Source of the DNA: Pristiophorus japonicus
Taxonomy: Eukaryota
Reading direction: 5' to 3'
DNA: 64,000 nucleotides
Assembly (NCBI RefSeq): GCF_044704955.1
Contig: NC_091999.1
Span: forward strand, 21,824,001 to 21,888,000
Position numbers and translations under genes: made by a program. Every line of letters begins with the position of its first letter. Positions within the stretch are counted from its first letter, which is position 1. A model generated the notes under the pieces. The model was not told where the DNA came from. It was given only the letters and a program-made list of their open reading frames with translations, and made no database searches. Shown piece by piece: positions 1 through 12,389 of this stretch.

Positions 1-220
1 TATGATGTACCTGCCCTGGGAGTGTTTGATGGGGTAGTGTTGAGGGAGTTTTTCTCTGTATCTAACCCACACTCTACCTGCCCTGGGTGTATGTGATGGG
101 GTAGTATAGAGGGCACTTGACTCTGTACCTGACACATGCTGTACCTGGCATGAGAATGTTTGATGGTGCGATGTAGAGAGCGCTTTACTCTGTATCTAAC
201 ACATGCTGAACCTGGCCTGG
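1..220 (+). repeat. ~66-bp tandem satellite unit (GTACCTGCCCTGGGAGTGTTTGATGGGACAGTGTAGAGGGAGCTTTACTCTGTATCTAACCC..)
   Basis: About 3 degenerate copies. The same unit recurs at 10890-11300 (+), 22830-22885 (-) and 37870-38160 (-). Confidence 0.8.
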
Positions 221-229
221 AAGTTACAG

Positions 230-490
230 AGTTTAGTGCAGTAATAACTGAGACCGGGTCCAGTGTAATATAAACAGAGAAATGGTCTAGTTTAGTAATG
301 GAAAAGGTTGGGGCTAGTGTAACATAATCCATGTCCTGGTCTAGTTTAATATAAACAGAGACAGGGTCTTGTGTAATAGGAATAAAGGCATGCCATATTG
401 CAGTAATATCTGATATCGGGCCTAGTACAATATTAATAGTTCTAGTGCAGTAATAACTGAGATAGGGCTCCGTGCAGTAATTACTGATGC
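230..490 (+). repeat. Degenerate ~30-33-bp tandem repeat (TAGTGCAGTAATAACTGAGACAGGGTC)
   Basis: Repeated agtgcagtaataactga / taatataaacagaga motifs; a related array lies at ~4120-4330. Confidence 0.6.
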
Positions 491-949
491 AGGGACATTT
501 CTTTATTCGCTTCTGGCATATGGGTGTGGGTGTCGCTGGCAAGGCAAACATTGATGGTCTATTCTTAATTGGCCTTGATAAGCAGATGGTAAGCTGCCCC
601 TTGAACCGCTGCAGTCCATGTTATGAACGGACCTCCACATTGTTTGGTAGCGGGTTCCAAAATTTGACCCAGTGACTATGAAGGAACGGTAATAAGTTCC
701 TAGGTCAGGATGATGTGTGATTTGGAGGGATACACGGAGGTGATGGTGTTCCCATGAGCACGCTGCCCTTGTTCTTCTTGGTGGAAGAGGTCGCAGGTGT
801 GGAAAGGGCTGTCGAGGATATCTTGGCGAGTTGCTGCAAAGCATCTTGGGGGTTTTAATCACTGCAGACATGGTGCGCCGTTGGGGGTGGGAGGGATTAT
901 TTAATGTGGTGGATGGAGTAAAATAAACTTGAGATGGGTCTACTGTAGT

Positions 950-2470
950 GTAGTGGAGTCTTTTTGTGTCCTCGTCACACATTGCTTTTTCTCCCATCTT
1001 TGTATCATCAGAAAACCTGGCTATGTTGCTCTCGATGCATTCTTCAACGTCGGTAGATTGTACATAGAGGGGTTCCCAGCACTGATTCCTGCAGCATCCC
1101 ACTAGTTACTGAATGCCAACCCGAGAATGAACCTTTGATCCTGACTCTCGGTTTTCTGTTAGTCAGCTAATCCTCTATCCATGCTAATATATCAGCCCGA
1201 ACCCCGTGAATGTTTATCTTGTGCAGTAACCTTTTATGTGGCACCTTATCAAATGCCTTCTAGAAGCCCAAATACATCACATCCACTGGTTCCGTTTTAC
1301 CCACCCTGTTTGTTACCTCCTCAAAGAATTCCTGAAAATTTGTCAAACATGACTTCCCCTTCATAAATCCACGCTGACTTTGTCTGACCGAATTTTGCTT
1401 TTCCAAATATCCTGCCACTGCTTCTTTAATAATGGACTCCAACATTTTCCCAAGCGCAGATGTTAGACTAACTGGTTTATAGTTTCCTGCTTTTTGCCTG
1501 CATCCTTTTGCAAATAGGAGCATTAAATTTGTAGTTTTCCAATCTGCTAATCACCTTAAATCTGTGTCCTTTGTTCTCGATCTTCCCACCAATGGGAACA
1601 GTTTCTCTCTACCTACTCTATCTAGACCCCTTATGATTCTGAACACTTCTATGAAATCTCATCTCTACCTTTCTGCTCTAAGGAGAAAAGTTCCAACTTC
1701 TCCAGGCTATCCACATAACCGAAGTACCGTATCCTTGGAACCACAATTGTAAATCTTTTCTGAATCCTCTCTAAGGCCTCACATCCTTGCTAAAGAATTG
1801 GACACAATATTCCAGGTGAGGCTTAAACAGTGTTTTATAAACGTTCATCATAACTTCCTTTCTTTTGTACTCTATGCGTGTATTTACGAAGCCCAGCATC
1901 ATGTAATCTATTGACCATTGTCTCAACCGGCCCTGCCACCTTCAATGATTTGTGCACATATACCATCAGGTCACTGTGTTCATGCACCTACTTTAGCATT
2001 GTACACTTTAGTTTATTTTTCCTCTCCTCATTCGTCTTATCAAAGTGATTCATTTCACACTTTTCTCCGTTTCATTTGCCACGAGTGTGCCCATTCTACC
2101 AGCATGTCTACGTCATCTTGAAGTCATCACTATCCTCCTCACTGTTCACTCTACTTCCAAATTTTGTATCATCTACAAATTTCGAAATTTTACCCTATAC
2201 TCCTAAGTCTCAGTCATCAATATAAATGAAGAAACGCAGTGTTCCTGGTACCAATCGCTGCAGAATACCACAGTGTACCTTCCCCCAGTCCAACACAAAA
2301 TAACTGGTCACCACTACACTGTGGTTCCTGTCACTCCGCCAATTATGTATACCATGCTGCCACTGTTCTCTTTATTCTGTGGGTTTAAATTTTTATGGCA
2401 AGGATATTATTAAGGCACTTTATCAAACAACTTTTAGAAGTCCACCACATCAACCTTATAAACTACGACT
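950..2470 (-). mobile_element. CR1-type LINE ORF2 (RT) fragments, degenerate
   Basis: Minus-strand peptides NYKPVSLTSALGKMLE, GFMKGKSCLTN and FSDDTK are CR1 RT motifs; many stops and frameshifts. Confidence 0.85.
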
Positions 2471-2589
2471 GGGTAAATACTGCGACGGGGTCTGGTGTAG
2501 TGAAAGAAATAATGCCAGATAATTAGAGATTTATTAACCTTCTGCCAGGTACAGGTGCAGTTTCATTTTTTACCATCATGGGCACTAAT

Positions 2590-3095
2590 CATAGAAACAT
2601 AGAAAATATGTGCAGGAGCAGGCAATTCGGCCCTTCGAGCCTGCAGCACCATTGAATATGATCATGGCTGATCATACAACTTCAGTACCCCACTCCTGTC
2701 TTCTCTCCATACCCCCTGATCCCTTTAGCCGTAAAGTCCACATCTAACTCCCTTTTGAATATATGCAACGAACTGGACTCAACAAATTTCTGTGGTAGAG
2801 AATTCCACAGGTTCACACTTCTCTGGGTGAAGATGTTTTTCCTCATCTCTGTCGTAAATGACTTACCCCTTATCCTTAGACTGTGACTCCTGGTTCTGGA
2901 CTTCCCCAACATCAGGAACATTCTTTCAAGATCTAACCTGTCCAATCCCGTCAGAATTTCATATGCTTCTCTGAGATCCCCTCTCATTCTTCTAAATTTC
3001 AGCGAATATAAGGCTAGTCAATCCAATATTTCTGCATATGTCAGTCCTGCCATCCCGCGATTCAGTCTGGTGAACTTTGGCTGCACTCCCTCAAG
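2590..3095 (-). mobile_element. CR1 LINE 3' end
   Basis: ORF 2682-2987 (RGDL..SRTRSHSLRIRG..VNLWNSLP) plus a (TTTCTATG)n tail, read as ATAGAAAC repeats at ~2590-2606. Confidence 0.85.
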
Positions 3096-3417
3096 GTATA
3101 TATCAGAGCTTTCTGGGTGATGCTGAGGTGATCACTAGACGATAAAGCGCAGAGACTGGCGTTTGGTTGCTCATTATCCTCGGTGTGATTTAATCCCGTT
3201 TCACACTGAATACTGCGGACAGAAATGGTCACCTTGGTAACAGAATGGCCAGAGTGACATCATTCTAAACAAGAGCACGCAAGAGAATGTGTTAACAATA
3301 AATGTTAAAGCTATTAAACGACCTGCAATTGCATTTTGAATGAAGTAAAACGCTGAAAAATATTGGCTGAAGCTAATCATTTGTCTTTGTGGAGTGCACT
3401 TGCAGACATTATGAATG

Positions 3418-3550
3418 NNNNNNNNNNNNNNNNNNNNNNNNNNNNNNNNNNNNNNNNNNNNNNNNNNNNNNNNNNNNNNNNNNNNNNNNNNNNNNNNNNN
3501 NNNNNNNNNNNNNNNNNNNNNNNNNNNNNNNNNNNNNNNNNNNNNNNNNN
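3418..3550. other. Assembly gap (133 N)
   Basis: Run of N. Confidence 1.
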
Positions 3551-5056
3551 AACACACATAAACATATACCAAACACTTTTGTGTTCTCTTTTCAGTTGTT
3601 CATTTCACAAGGTGAGAACATATTTTCCGGTGGATATTAGGACACTGTGGCCGCCCATCCGGCGGTGCTCTGAGATCACGGTTCCAGGCTCTGTCCTACA
3701 TAATCAGTGGGTCACGTCAAATACTGGATGAAAAACAATCCTTAACGTTAAAGAACTTGGAGAAATAGGCACAGGACAACACAAGTGTGAATTAGTAACC
3801 TCAAACCCACAGATTTTGCTAGTAGTTCAAAGTGCAGTGAATTGCTCACCTTCCGTCCTGTCCCTCAATCCCAGTCCATTACTGGAAGATTGTTACAAGA
3901 TTCACTCATCCTTTCAACACATTTATTACCGTCATAATAACAGATCAATTAGAGATTGCACACACGTGCTGATAGCTGTTAACAAATCTAAGCATATACT
4001 TCCAAACAAAAAAGTATTGCATCCTCACACCCACACATATATACATCTTTATTTATATTAATATCTGTCAATCCCTCTTTATATCTCCTGCCTATGTAAC
4101 AGACGCATGTGCAAGTGCTGAAATAACTGAGGCAGGGTCGATAGTATAAGAAATACAGACAGGGTCCAGCGCACTAATAGTTTAGACAAGATCTAATGTA
4201 ATATGAAGAGAGACAGGCATTTATTATAATATATTTCAGCCATGGTCTATGGCAGGAATAACTGATGCAGTGCCTCGTGTAATATAAACAGAGACATGGT
4301 CGAGTTTAATATAAACTGAGACGGAGGTAGGGATGGGTGCACGGAGTGAGCGATTGATGGAGGGAGCGATGGAGGAATGGAGGAGTGGAGCAAGGAAGGT
4401 GTAGTGTATTGGACGGGTGGAGTGCGGACGGAGGGAGGGAGAGGTGTGTCCAAGGAGGGAGCGATTGATGGAGGCAGGTATGGAGGGCGAGAGGGATAGA
4501 GAAATGGAGTGATGAAGGAATGGAGAGAAGGAGAGGCGAGTGGTCAGAGGGAATGATGAATTATCTCCCAATTTACCCGATCAAAACTTTTCCTGATTTT
4601 GAACACCTCTATTAAATGGCCCATAACTTGCTCGGCTCTGAGGAGAACAGTCCCAGCTTCCAGCTGCTCTGATGGTGCAGCTCACACAATACAAATCTCT
4701 TAAGTCTGTGAGTCGTTCTGCCTGGGGCACTTCCAGATGTTCCCTGTGGAATCACTGACACTTTTATATGAACCCAGTGAAAATCACAGTGTGGTAATGA
4801 TATCTCAGGCAAGATGAGAGAACTCGCTCCTGATGATAAATGGAGCGTTGTAAGACTGGGCTCAGACCCTGAACTTCAGACATGATGAGCTGAATGGCAG
4901 CATTTTAAAATACAAGCTGTGATATGTTCAAGATTCGGCTCAGTGGGATCACTCTCGCCTCTGATGCAGAAGGTCACAGATACTAAACCCCGCTCGAGAG
5001 AGCTGAGCCGATAATCGAAACCGGCACGCCTGGTGCCAGTACTGTGGAAGTGATGG

Positions 5057-5400
5057 ATGAATAAGGTGGATGAATTAACTGTGCAAATAGATGTTAACGG
5101 ATATGATATGATTGTGATTACGGAGACGTGGCTCCAGGATGATCAGGGCTGGGAACTCAACATCCATGGGTATTCAACATTCAGGAAGGAAAGAGTAAAA
5201 GGAAAAGGAGCTGGGGTAGCATTGCTGGTTAAAGAGGAGATTAATGCAATAGTTAGGAAGCACATCAGCTTGGATGATGTGGAATACATATGGGTAGAGC
5301 AACAGAACATCAAAGGGCAAAAAACGTTAGTGCGAGTTGTGTACAGACCTCCAAACAGTAGCAGTGATGTTGGGGAACGCATCAAACAGGAAATTATAGG
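5057..5400 (+). mobile_element. CR1 LINE APE-endonuclease fragment
   Basis: ITETWL, GVALLVK and VYRPPNS motifs; very similar to 43600-43935. Confidence 0.9.
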
Positions 5401-6119
5401 TTATCACTAGAATGATTTTCCGTAAATTCCATGCTCACCACATTAAAAATAGGATCGGAAAATAATGAATTGATCAACACGGTATCTAATGAAAACTATT
5501 TCCAAATAAAGACCATTCTGGACCATTCAGTCCCTTTATTCAGTACAGGATACACCGTGTTCCTGTTACCCGTGTCTGTTACATAGTCGGTCGCTATTAA
5601 AGTTAGCTGCAAGGATTTGGATATCGAGGTTTGCTGATCACATTATCGGTTCTGATTCACAAGTTTCTCTCATAAAACGCAGGTCTGAAGCGGGACGGAC
5701 CCACTTTCTTATGTGTCTCCGTCAACAACTCACTCCTGAATCATCAGTCAAGCGGACTTATTTTACAGCTAAATTTACAAACGGCTGTCGTCGGGTCACA
5801 GACTCAGGGGCAGTTATTGAAATGCAATGAGAGACAATTGTGTAATGTGAGGAGGATGATCTCATCTCCAGACCAAAAGTGTGTAGCTTTAGCCAAGTAC
5901 ACCGTAAATAGAATCACATTACCCATCTCCCGCACTCGGTTACATAGGTGATAACAATTCAGATTATAGGGGATACTTTATTGGTACAGATGCATGGATA
6001 GATAGCGGGAGATGGAGAAACAGAAACTGGCAGTATCTTTAGACCCTGATAATGTAATTCATTCTCAGAGATTCACATCCTCTGTGAAGGAGTGAGGAAA
6101 TAAAGGGATTTAATTTACA

Positions 6120-6245
6120 GTCCAGATGTGAGTCCATTCTGTTGGTGATGTGGAAGGTGTGATGTGAATCCAGAAACCGCCACTATCAGTGAATCAATGG
6201 GCGGCGCCTGCAACCTCGCCCCCATCTCCCGGGTATTTAACTGCC
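6120..6245 (+). promoter_or_regulatory. Putative VH promoter (E-box CAGATG, TGATGTGA motifs, TATTTAA box; no octamer)
   Basis: TATTTAA at ~6234-6240, about 95 bp before the leader ATG. No ATGCAAAT octamer was seen, consistent with shark VH promoters. Confidence 0.4.
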
Positions 6246-6332
6246 GGTCACTGGGACCGCAATACAACAGTCTGGGAGTGGGTTTGTTCAGTGAGTTCTT
6301 GCCGGAACCATTCACCACACATTGCCAGGAGG

Positions 6333-6378
6333 ATGAGGTCGGCGATTTCTCTCAGTCTGTTACTGGCTTTCTTTTCCC
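6333..6378 (+). CDS. IGHV: IgM VH leader exon ([15 protein letters not shown]-)
   Basis: ATG at 6333; 46-nt phase-1 exon; donor C|GTGAGT at 6379; hydrophobic signal peptide. Confidence 0.95.
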
Positions 6379-6505
6379 GTGAGTAGTTTTTATTGTCCAA
6401 TCTCTCACTGTTACTGTCTCAGTGTTAGTCTCTCTCTGGAATGTTACAGAGTCAGGAATCATTTCACCAGGATTGAATCTTCGGGTATTTTGATTATTTT
6501 TACAG

Positions 6506-6810
6506 GTGTCCAGTCGGATGTGGTGTTGACTCAGCCCGAGGCAGAGATCAGGATTCCCGGAAGCTCCCTGAGACTGACCTGTAAAACCAGCGGCTTCGAT
6601 CTTGGTGGCAGCTACATGTACTGGATCCGCCAGAATCCCGGACAGGGGCTGGAGTGGCTGGTTCAGTATTACAGTCCATCGAACAAGTATTACGCCGCAG
6701 GGATTGCGAGCCGATTTACTGCATCCAAAGACACTTCAAACAACATCTTTGCGCTGGACATGAAGAATCTGAAGAGCGAAGACACCGCCATCTATTACTG
6801 TGCAAGGTAC
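6506..6810 (+). CDS. IGHV: Shark IgM-type VH exon, open frame
   Basis: Acceptor TTTTACAG at 6505; [56 protein letters not shown] with canonical Cys and Trp. Confidence 0.97.
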
Positions 6811-6849
6811 CACAGCGAGAGGAACCAGGGCTGGACCTGTACAAGAACA
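6811..6849 (+). other. 23-bp-spacer recombination signal sequence (RSS) of VH
   Basis: Heptamer CACAGCG (6811-6817), 23-nt spacer, nonamer ACAAGAACA (6841-6849). Confidence 0.93.
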
Positions 6850-7256
6850 GATCGAGGGGGAATTCAACAACTGACATCATAACCTGATGGTCATTAATTG
6901 TGTCAAATGCAATGTTACCGGCAATGTACAGAACAAGACCATAAACCGCTTCTTACAAAACTAACACACTGAGAATTCAATGGTGAAAATATAACACACT
7001 AACCCATGTACTGAGGGGAGGTTTTGATTATGCTCCTGTTTAATGTTAACCGTGTCAGCAATTGCAGAGCTGGAGGTGATGCTCGATTCACTGTGCCTGG
7101 TACATGCAGGGAGCTGGTTAGAACTGTGTTCACTTTCAATTGTGCTATGTAAACTGTTGGCTAAATTCTAAATTTGATCAGAAGCGAATGTGTATTGGAA
7201 GTGAATGTCTATTTGACGTGAATGTTGAGAGTCAGTACTGAGCAGAGAGTGAGTGC

Positions 7257-7284
7257 AGTATGTGTGCGGGTTCCTGTCACTGTG
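7257..7284 (-). other. 12-bp-spacer RSS preceding the fused DJ
   Basis: Nonamer-like AGTATGTGT (7257-7265, 6/9 match to GGTTTTTGT), 12-nt spacer, perfect heptamer CACTGTG (7278-7284). Confidence 0.75.
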
Positions 7285-7352
7285 GGACTGCGGGAGTGGG
7301 TACATTGCCAAGGACTACTGGGGACAAGGGACCATGGTGACGGTGACTGCAG
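7285..7352 (+). CDS. IGHJ: Pre-joined D(-D)-JH segment (DCGSGYIAKDYWGQGTMVTVTA)
   Basis: D1-like GGACTGCGGGAGTGGGT directly after the heptamer, then about 11 junctional nt, then a trimmed J with WGQG; donor G|GTAAGG at 7353; no RSS between D and J. Confidence 0.85.
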
Positions 7353-7389
7353 GTAAGGAACATTCACTCATTCAGTAACTCTTGTATTT

Positions 7390-8640
7390 GTGTCTTTATT
7401 TTATATTTCTGTTTATTTTAATAATTATTTCGTTCACTGAAACTTAGGTTCAGTGGATTTTGTTTTGAGATTTTTTGCAATGTTCAATGTGATTCTGCTG
7501 CAAAGTGATTATAGAATTCAACTGTTTCTCCACAGAAAATGTTGTTGATGTGATTTGGTGTTTATTTGCTGACGAGACATGTGCCTGGGTTACTCTAAAT
7601 ACATTATGGTTTTTACACTGTTTGATGTTTCTGCAATGTTTAATTTTGGTGACCATTAATTGCTGCAGTTTTTCTGATCGAATGCAAACATTGTGTTTAA
7701 ATGTGTTTAAAAGAACATTGTAGGCACAAAACAGAAAGCTTAGCGACCAGTAAATATTCTTAAGGAATTTTAAGTTTTTTAATGAAAATTGGATTGTCAT
7801 CTACTGACCGAATGTTCCCGAAATCTCAGATTCAATACGTGAGCTGTTACTGTAATTAAGTACTGAACAATTAACATATTTCACGCTGGGACAAATTAAA
7901 TTAATATTATTAACATTATTATAATGTAGCAATATCATCACGTTTTATTAAATATGCTATAATATCAACATTAATGTATTTAACATGATCTGTCTAATCA
8001 CAATTCTGCTCTCATTATTTTATATTTCTGTTGAATTCAATCTTTAGTTATTTCAGTGTTAGGCGGGTTCAGTGATTTTGTAATGAGATTTTTTGCAATG
8101 ATACATTTGATTCTGTTGAAAGGGTTGATGAAATGAAGGATCTGCTCCATGAAAGGTTCTGTCGAGGGATTCCGCCCCTCAGTGATGTGATTTAGTGTTG
8201 ATCTGCTGAGGAGAGATGTGCCTGTGTTACTCAGAATACCTAGAATTTGTGAATCTAGGCGTTTCTACAATGTTCAATATCGGTGTCAGCGGGCAGCAGC
8301 AGGTTTGTGCTCGAATGCAAACACGATATGTGTTTGAAACTGTTTGAAAACAGTTTATAGGCAGAGAACAGGACGGGTTTAGAAATCAGAAATCATTGAA
8401 AGGTATTTTAACATAACAATTGTACAAGTGATAATTATATATTCAACTATTAATTTATGTTTACGATGCTGATATTTTATTGTGCGAAATGTAACTAATT
8501 GCCATCTGAATAATTAATGTGTTCAGTATGTAGTTGAATTAAATTAATATTAACAACCGATTATAATGCGATAATATCTCCCAGTGTTATTAAAATATGC
8601 TATAAGTCCAATGTTAATTTATTTAATATTATTCGCCTTC
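7390..8640 (+). repeat. Old ~620-bp tandem duplication at the start of the J-C intron
   Basis: Collinear similar blocks at 7395/8015, 7546/8183, 7678/8311 and 7893/8537. Confidence 0.75.
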
Positions 8641-10889
8641 CAAAATCCTGCTCTACACTGGGCTCCATTAAAGGAAGCAGAAACTTTTAGAGGCTGGATA
8701 CAGTTATTAATTATGCCTGCAATTATTTCATTAACAACATACTCATTCCACCGCTGTGTTCAGTTTGAGTCGGGAGTTCAATTACTTGCTACCTCCTGTA
8801 TACACAGATGAATGACTGAGTGCAATTAATTATAACTTAAAGCCGTGTTGCAAATTGCATTTTGTCAATTTAATATATCTGCCGGGGTATGACATTCTCA
8901 CTGTGCAGCCGAAAATTGTTATTGAATCAATATTGTGTGTTGTTTGATAGAATTATTACTAAATTAATCTTGAACACTTTGCAAGACCAAAAGCTGAGAG
9001 ACAGGCGTCGCTGGCAGTCAAAGAATTTTTCATGTAATTATATTTAAGTTCAAGGCAGGTTCCGACTGCGTATGGCTGGAGACAGGCAAATAATCCATTG
9101 AAATACAAGCAGATTAATTTACTTACAAAAGGTTTTCCTTATTTTGAATTTAAAACAAAATCTATTCTCCCAAAACGCTGATGTATGCGGAATAGAACGG
9201 TAGACAAAGCACAGATAATATCTGAGAGTTATGTTTAATTCTTATGAATGTTAAATTGATGAACAAAGTCTCACCTCATTCAGTTTCAGTGTCGCATATG
9301 GTCTGAATGATGTGTTATCCTCCAGTTTTACACTGACCATTCTGGAAACTATTTTCAAGAAGTAGCAGAATATATTTAATCATTAATTTGCGGGCATTAT
9401 GTGAATAACGGGAGTGAACTATAAAAGATTGTCTGTGTTATTAAACAGCGGAGGCTCTGCTATTGACTTTAAGCTGCACGGGTGGGTTTTAATTAATAAA
9501 ACCATTTTGGGGGTTTAAGATTGAGGAGAATATTTCAGCTTGAGATTCCAGTATTAGTAAACAAGCGGTTTACAACCATCGGAGTTGTGACCTCGGCTGG
9601 ACAGAGAACTATTCAAAATAGTCCACCCCTAAATCCATCATGTGAAATGTTCTCTGCGAATAGACGCAGTTTTTGCTATATCAGAAACATGCAGAGTTTA
9701 AAAAGATGTCGGTCGAGAGCGGGACAGTGGTAGAACTGCGTGATTATTGTCAATTATTCAAATTTGATTCGATTTAAGTAAATATAAGGTATTTTTCTGA
9801 GAATTTATGTATTAATATGCTGCTTAATCTTTTAATATTCATGAATTGTTATTGTAAGTTAAGTTAATCTTAATATATCACAAGTTACCAGGCAGAAAAA
9901 GGTTTTAATATTATTATTAATTAATTGCATTAGTAAGGCTGAAATTCAACAACGTTAATTTAATTTCAAAAGTTCCAGGTACGTGTGCTTCTGAGCAGGA
10001 AGAGCCAGATAGTCACTCAGATTATTTTCAATAATCAGCTAACATGAACATTAACTTAGACAGTAACATCAGTGCTAATTCATTAAACATAAACGATCCA
10101 TTACAATTGTGTTGCATACTGGTCACTATTACAATTATTGCAAAATCTCAATGGTTGCAGATAATGTTTAATTAATTCATAAGTTAATTTACAAAACAAT
10201 GCATGTATAACCCGGCTGTGCTGAGTTTGATAAGGTGTCGCTGCAGATTTTAGTGAATTAACTTCTTGTTTTGCCTCGATGATTTTACAGGTTATATTTA
10301 CTGATGAAAATATATAAAATCAGTGGGTGATCAGGTTTCAATGTAGATGTCCCCTGGATTGTGACATTCTGAATATGTCACCGAGTCCAGTGTGACGGGC
10401 AGCAAATTCCCGTGGAATGCGAATTATTTCCAGATACTTACTTTCAGGGAAGTTAATTTTTACACGGTTTACAAGATAGTTGACAGAGATGGAAAAATGG
10501 CTGGATGTTGAAGAGTCTCTCAAATTAATATCAGTTTAATTTCAAAGAATCTGCAGAGTTGCGGTGGTTGGAAATTGGCAAGAAATAAATTAGAAATCAA
10601 ACAACTTCATTGAAATTAATAGATTGAACTGGTCCCTCTGCCTGGAGCACAGTTTCGTCTGTTCTGTTTATGTGCGCCTGCTCACTGTGTGAGAATCAGG
10701 AGTCCTCCTGACGGGTTGTAAAACTTCTGGATTGTGATCCTGTATTGCGGGGAGTGTCATTTAACTCAGTTATTTAAGAAACTGGCATAGGTGAGAAACG
10801 TGAAAGATTGACTTTGAGGTTGTAGAGTCTCCGCAGAAATGAGATCGTTAATCCAGATTATGATAGTCAGAAGAAGCAGTTCCGAAACA

Positions 10890-11300
10890 CCATGGGGAGA
10901 CAGTAGAAGGAGCTTTAATCAGTTTCTAACCCGGTAGTACCTGCCCTGGGAGTGTTTGATGGGACAGGGCAGAAGGAGCTTTACTCTGTATCTAGCCCAT
11001 GCTATACGTGCCCTGGGAGTGTTTGATGGGACAGTGTAGAGGGAGTGTTACTCTGTATTTAGCCCATGCTCTATGTGCCCTAGGAGTGTTGATGGGACAG
11101 TGTAGATGGAGCTTTACTCTGTATCTTGACCCATGTTGTACCTGCCCTGAGAATGTTTAATGGGACACTGTAGAGGGAGCTTTACTCTGTACCTGTCTTG
11201 GGAGTGTTTGATGGGACAGTGAAGAGGGAGCTTTATTCTGCAACTAACCCGTGCTTTACCTTAAATGGCAGTGCTTGATGGGACATTGCAGAGATAGCTT
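10890..11300 (+). repeat. ~66-bp tandem satellite, about 6 copies
   Basis: Repeated CCCTGGGAGTGTTTGATGGGACAGTGTAGAGGGAGCTTTACTCTGTATC. Confidence 0.85.
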
Positions 11301-12389
11301 AATCAGTATTTCAACTTTTATTTACAAGGACGTGGAGCTTAATTGGTTCCTTCAATATAGATTGATCTTCTATTTAATCAGAGCTCTAGATGAGCTGGTG
11401 CGCTTTAATGGATCAGTGTATCGGAAGCTTTTATTTGTACTTGTGATAATTGTGCTTAATCTAATCGGTCAATTTGATAACGCATTTTAAGATAAGACAT
11501 TTCGTAGCACATCTCTGCAGTACTTCAGCTGGGAATGTTTGACGGGATAGCACAGATAACGTATTACACTGTGTGCAACCCTTGCTATACCTGTCCTGAC
11601 CCACACGGCAGCATAGCGGGAGCTTTGCTCTCTTATCCGTACTATATCTGACCTGAGAGTGCTTGGTCAGGCAGTGTTCAAGGCACCGTTATCTGCGTCT
11701 AACAGATAGCAGATAAACTGCTCGTGCCAGATATATACAATAAATCGTCCCATTGCCCAGATTAAACAACGCACATTCATTGATGTTTATATTCTTTCTG
11801 AAAAAAATGCCCAATTTTTAATGAGTTATTAATGTTTGAACATTTTGAGCATCAGATTACTATTGAACACGATTGGCCTGATCCTCAGCTCACTTTCAGA
11901 ACAAACCGTTTCAGGAAGTGAATAACGCTCCAGAAAGCAGTGCCTGTTCTGATCTGTTGGGAGGCTGTAAGATATTTTCACAATTTAAATGGAGAATATC
12001 GGGACTGCCGCTTCAAATGACCGTCATGAGGACCTCATGTTTAGAAACATTATGTTGTTCAATTCTTCCTGAGAAGGTTAAAGGCAGGGACAAACTATGA
12101 CGAGATGCAGCTATTGGCCTGGGTCACAAGACAAGGCACACAGTCACTGATCTGCAATTCTGTGAAACATTTAAAGAGATAGAGACAACCTGCAATACGT
12201 CATCATTCACAATGAACTTTAAGCCTTTATAACAGCATGCGAATGACTAATTTGCGTCAGATTTATAAGATCCTTTTCTGAAATATCCTCTTTCATTCTA
12301 ATGAACAATAAAAGTAGATCTGGTAGAGGTGTCCAAAATATGAAGCGTTTCCTTCCATTAAATCTAGAAGAACTATTCCCACTGACTCG

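Noticed and set aside
6379-6882. ORF-track boundaries for the VH and C-domain ORFs
   Set aside because: They run through introns and the RSS; exon limits were set from splice sites instead.
7020-7135. CACTGTG at 7089 as a separate D segment RSS
   Set aside because: No nonamer at 12- or 23-bp spacing (GGTTTTGAT is about 60 bp away) and no downstream CACAGTG closing a D.
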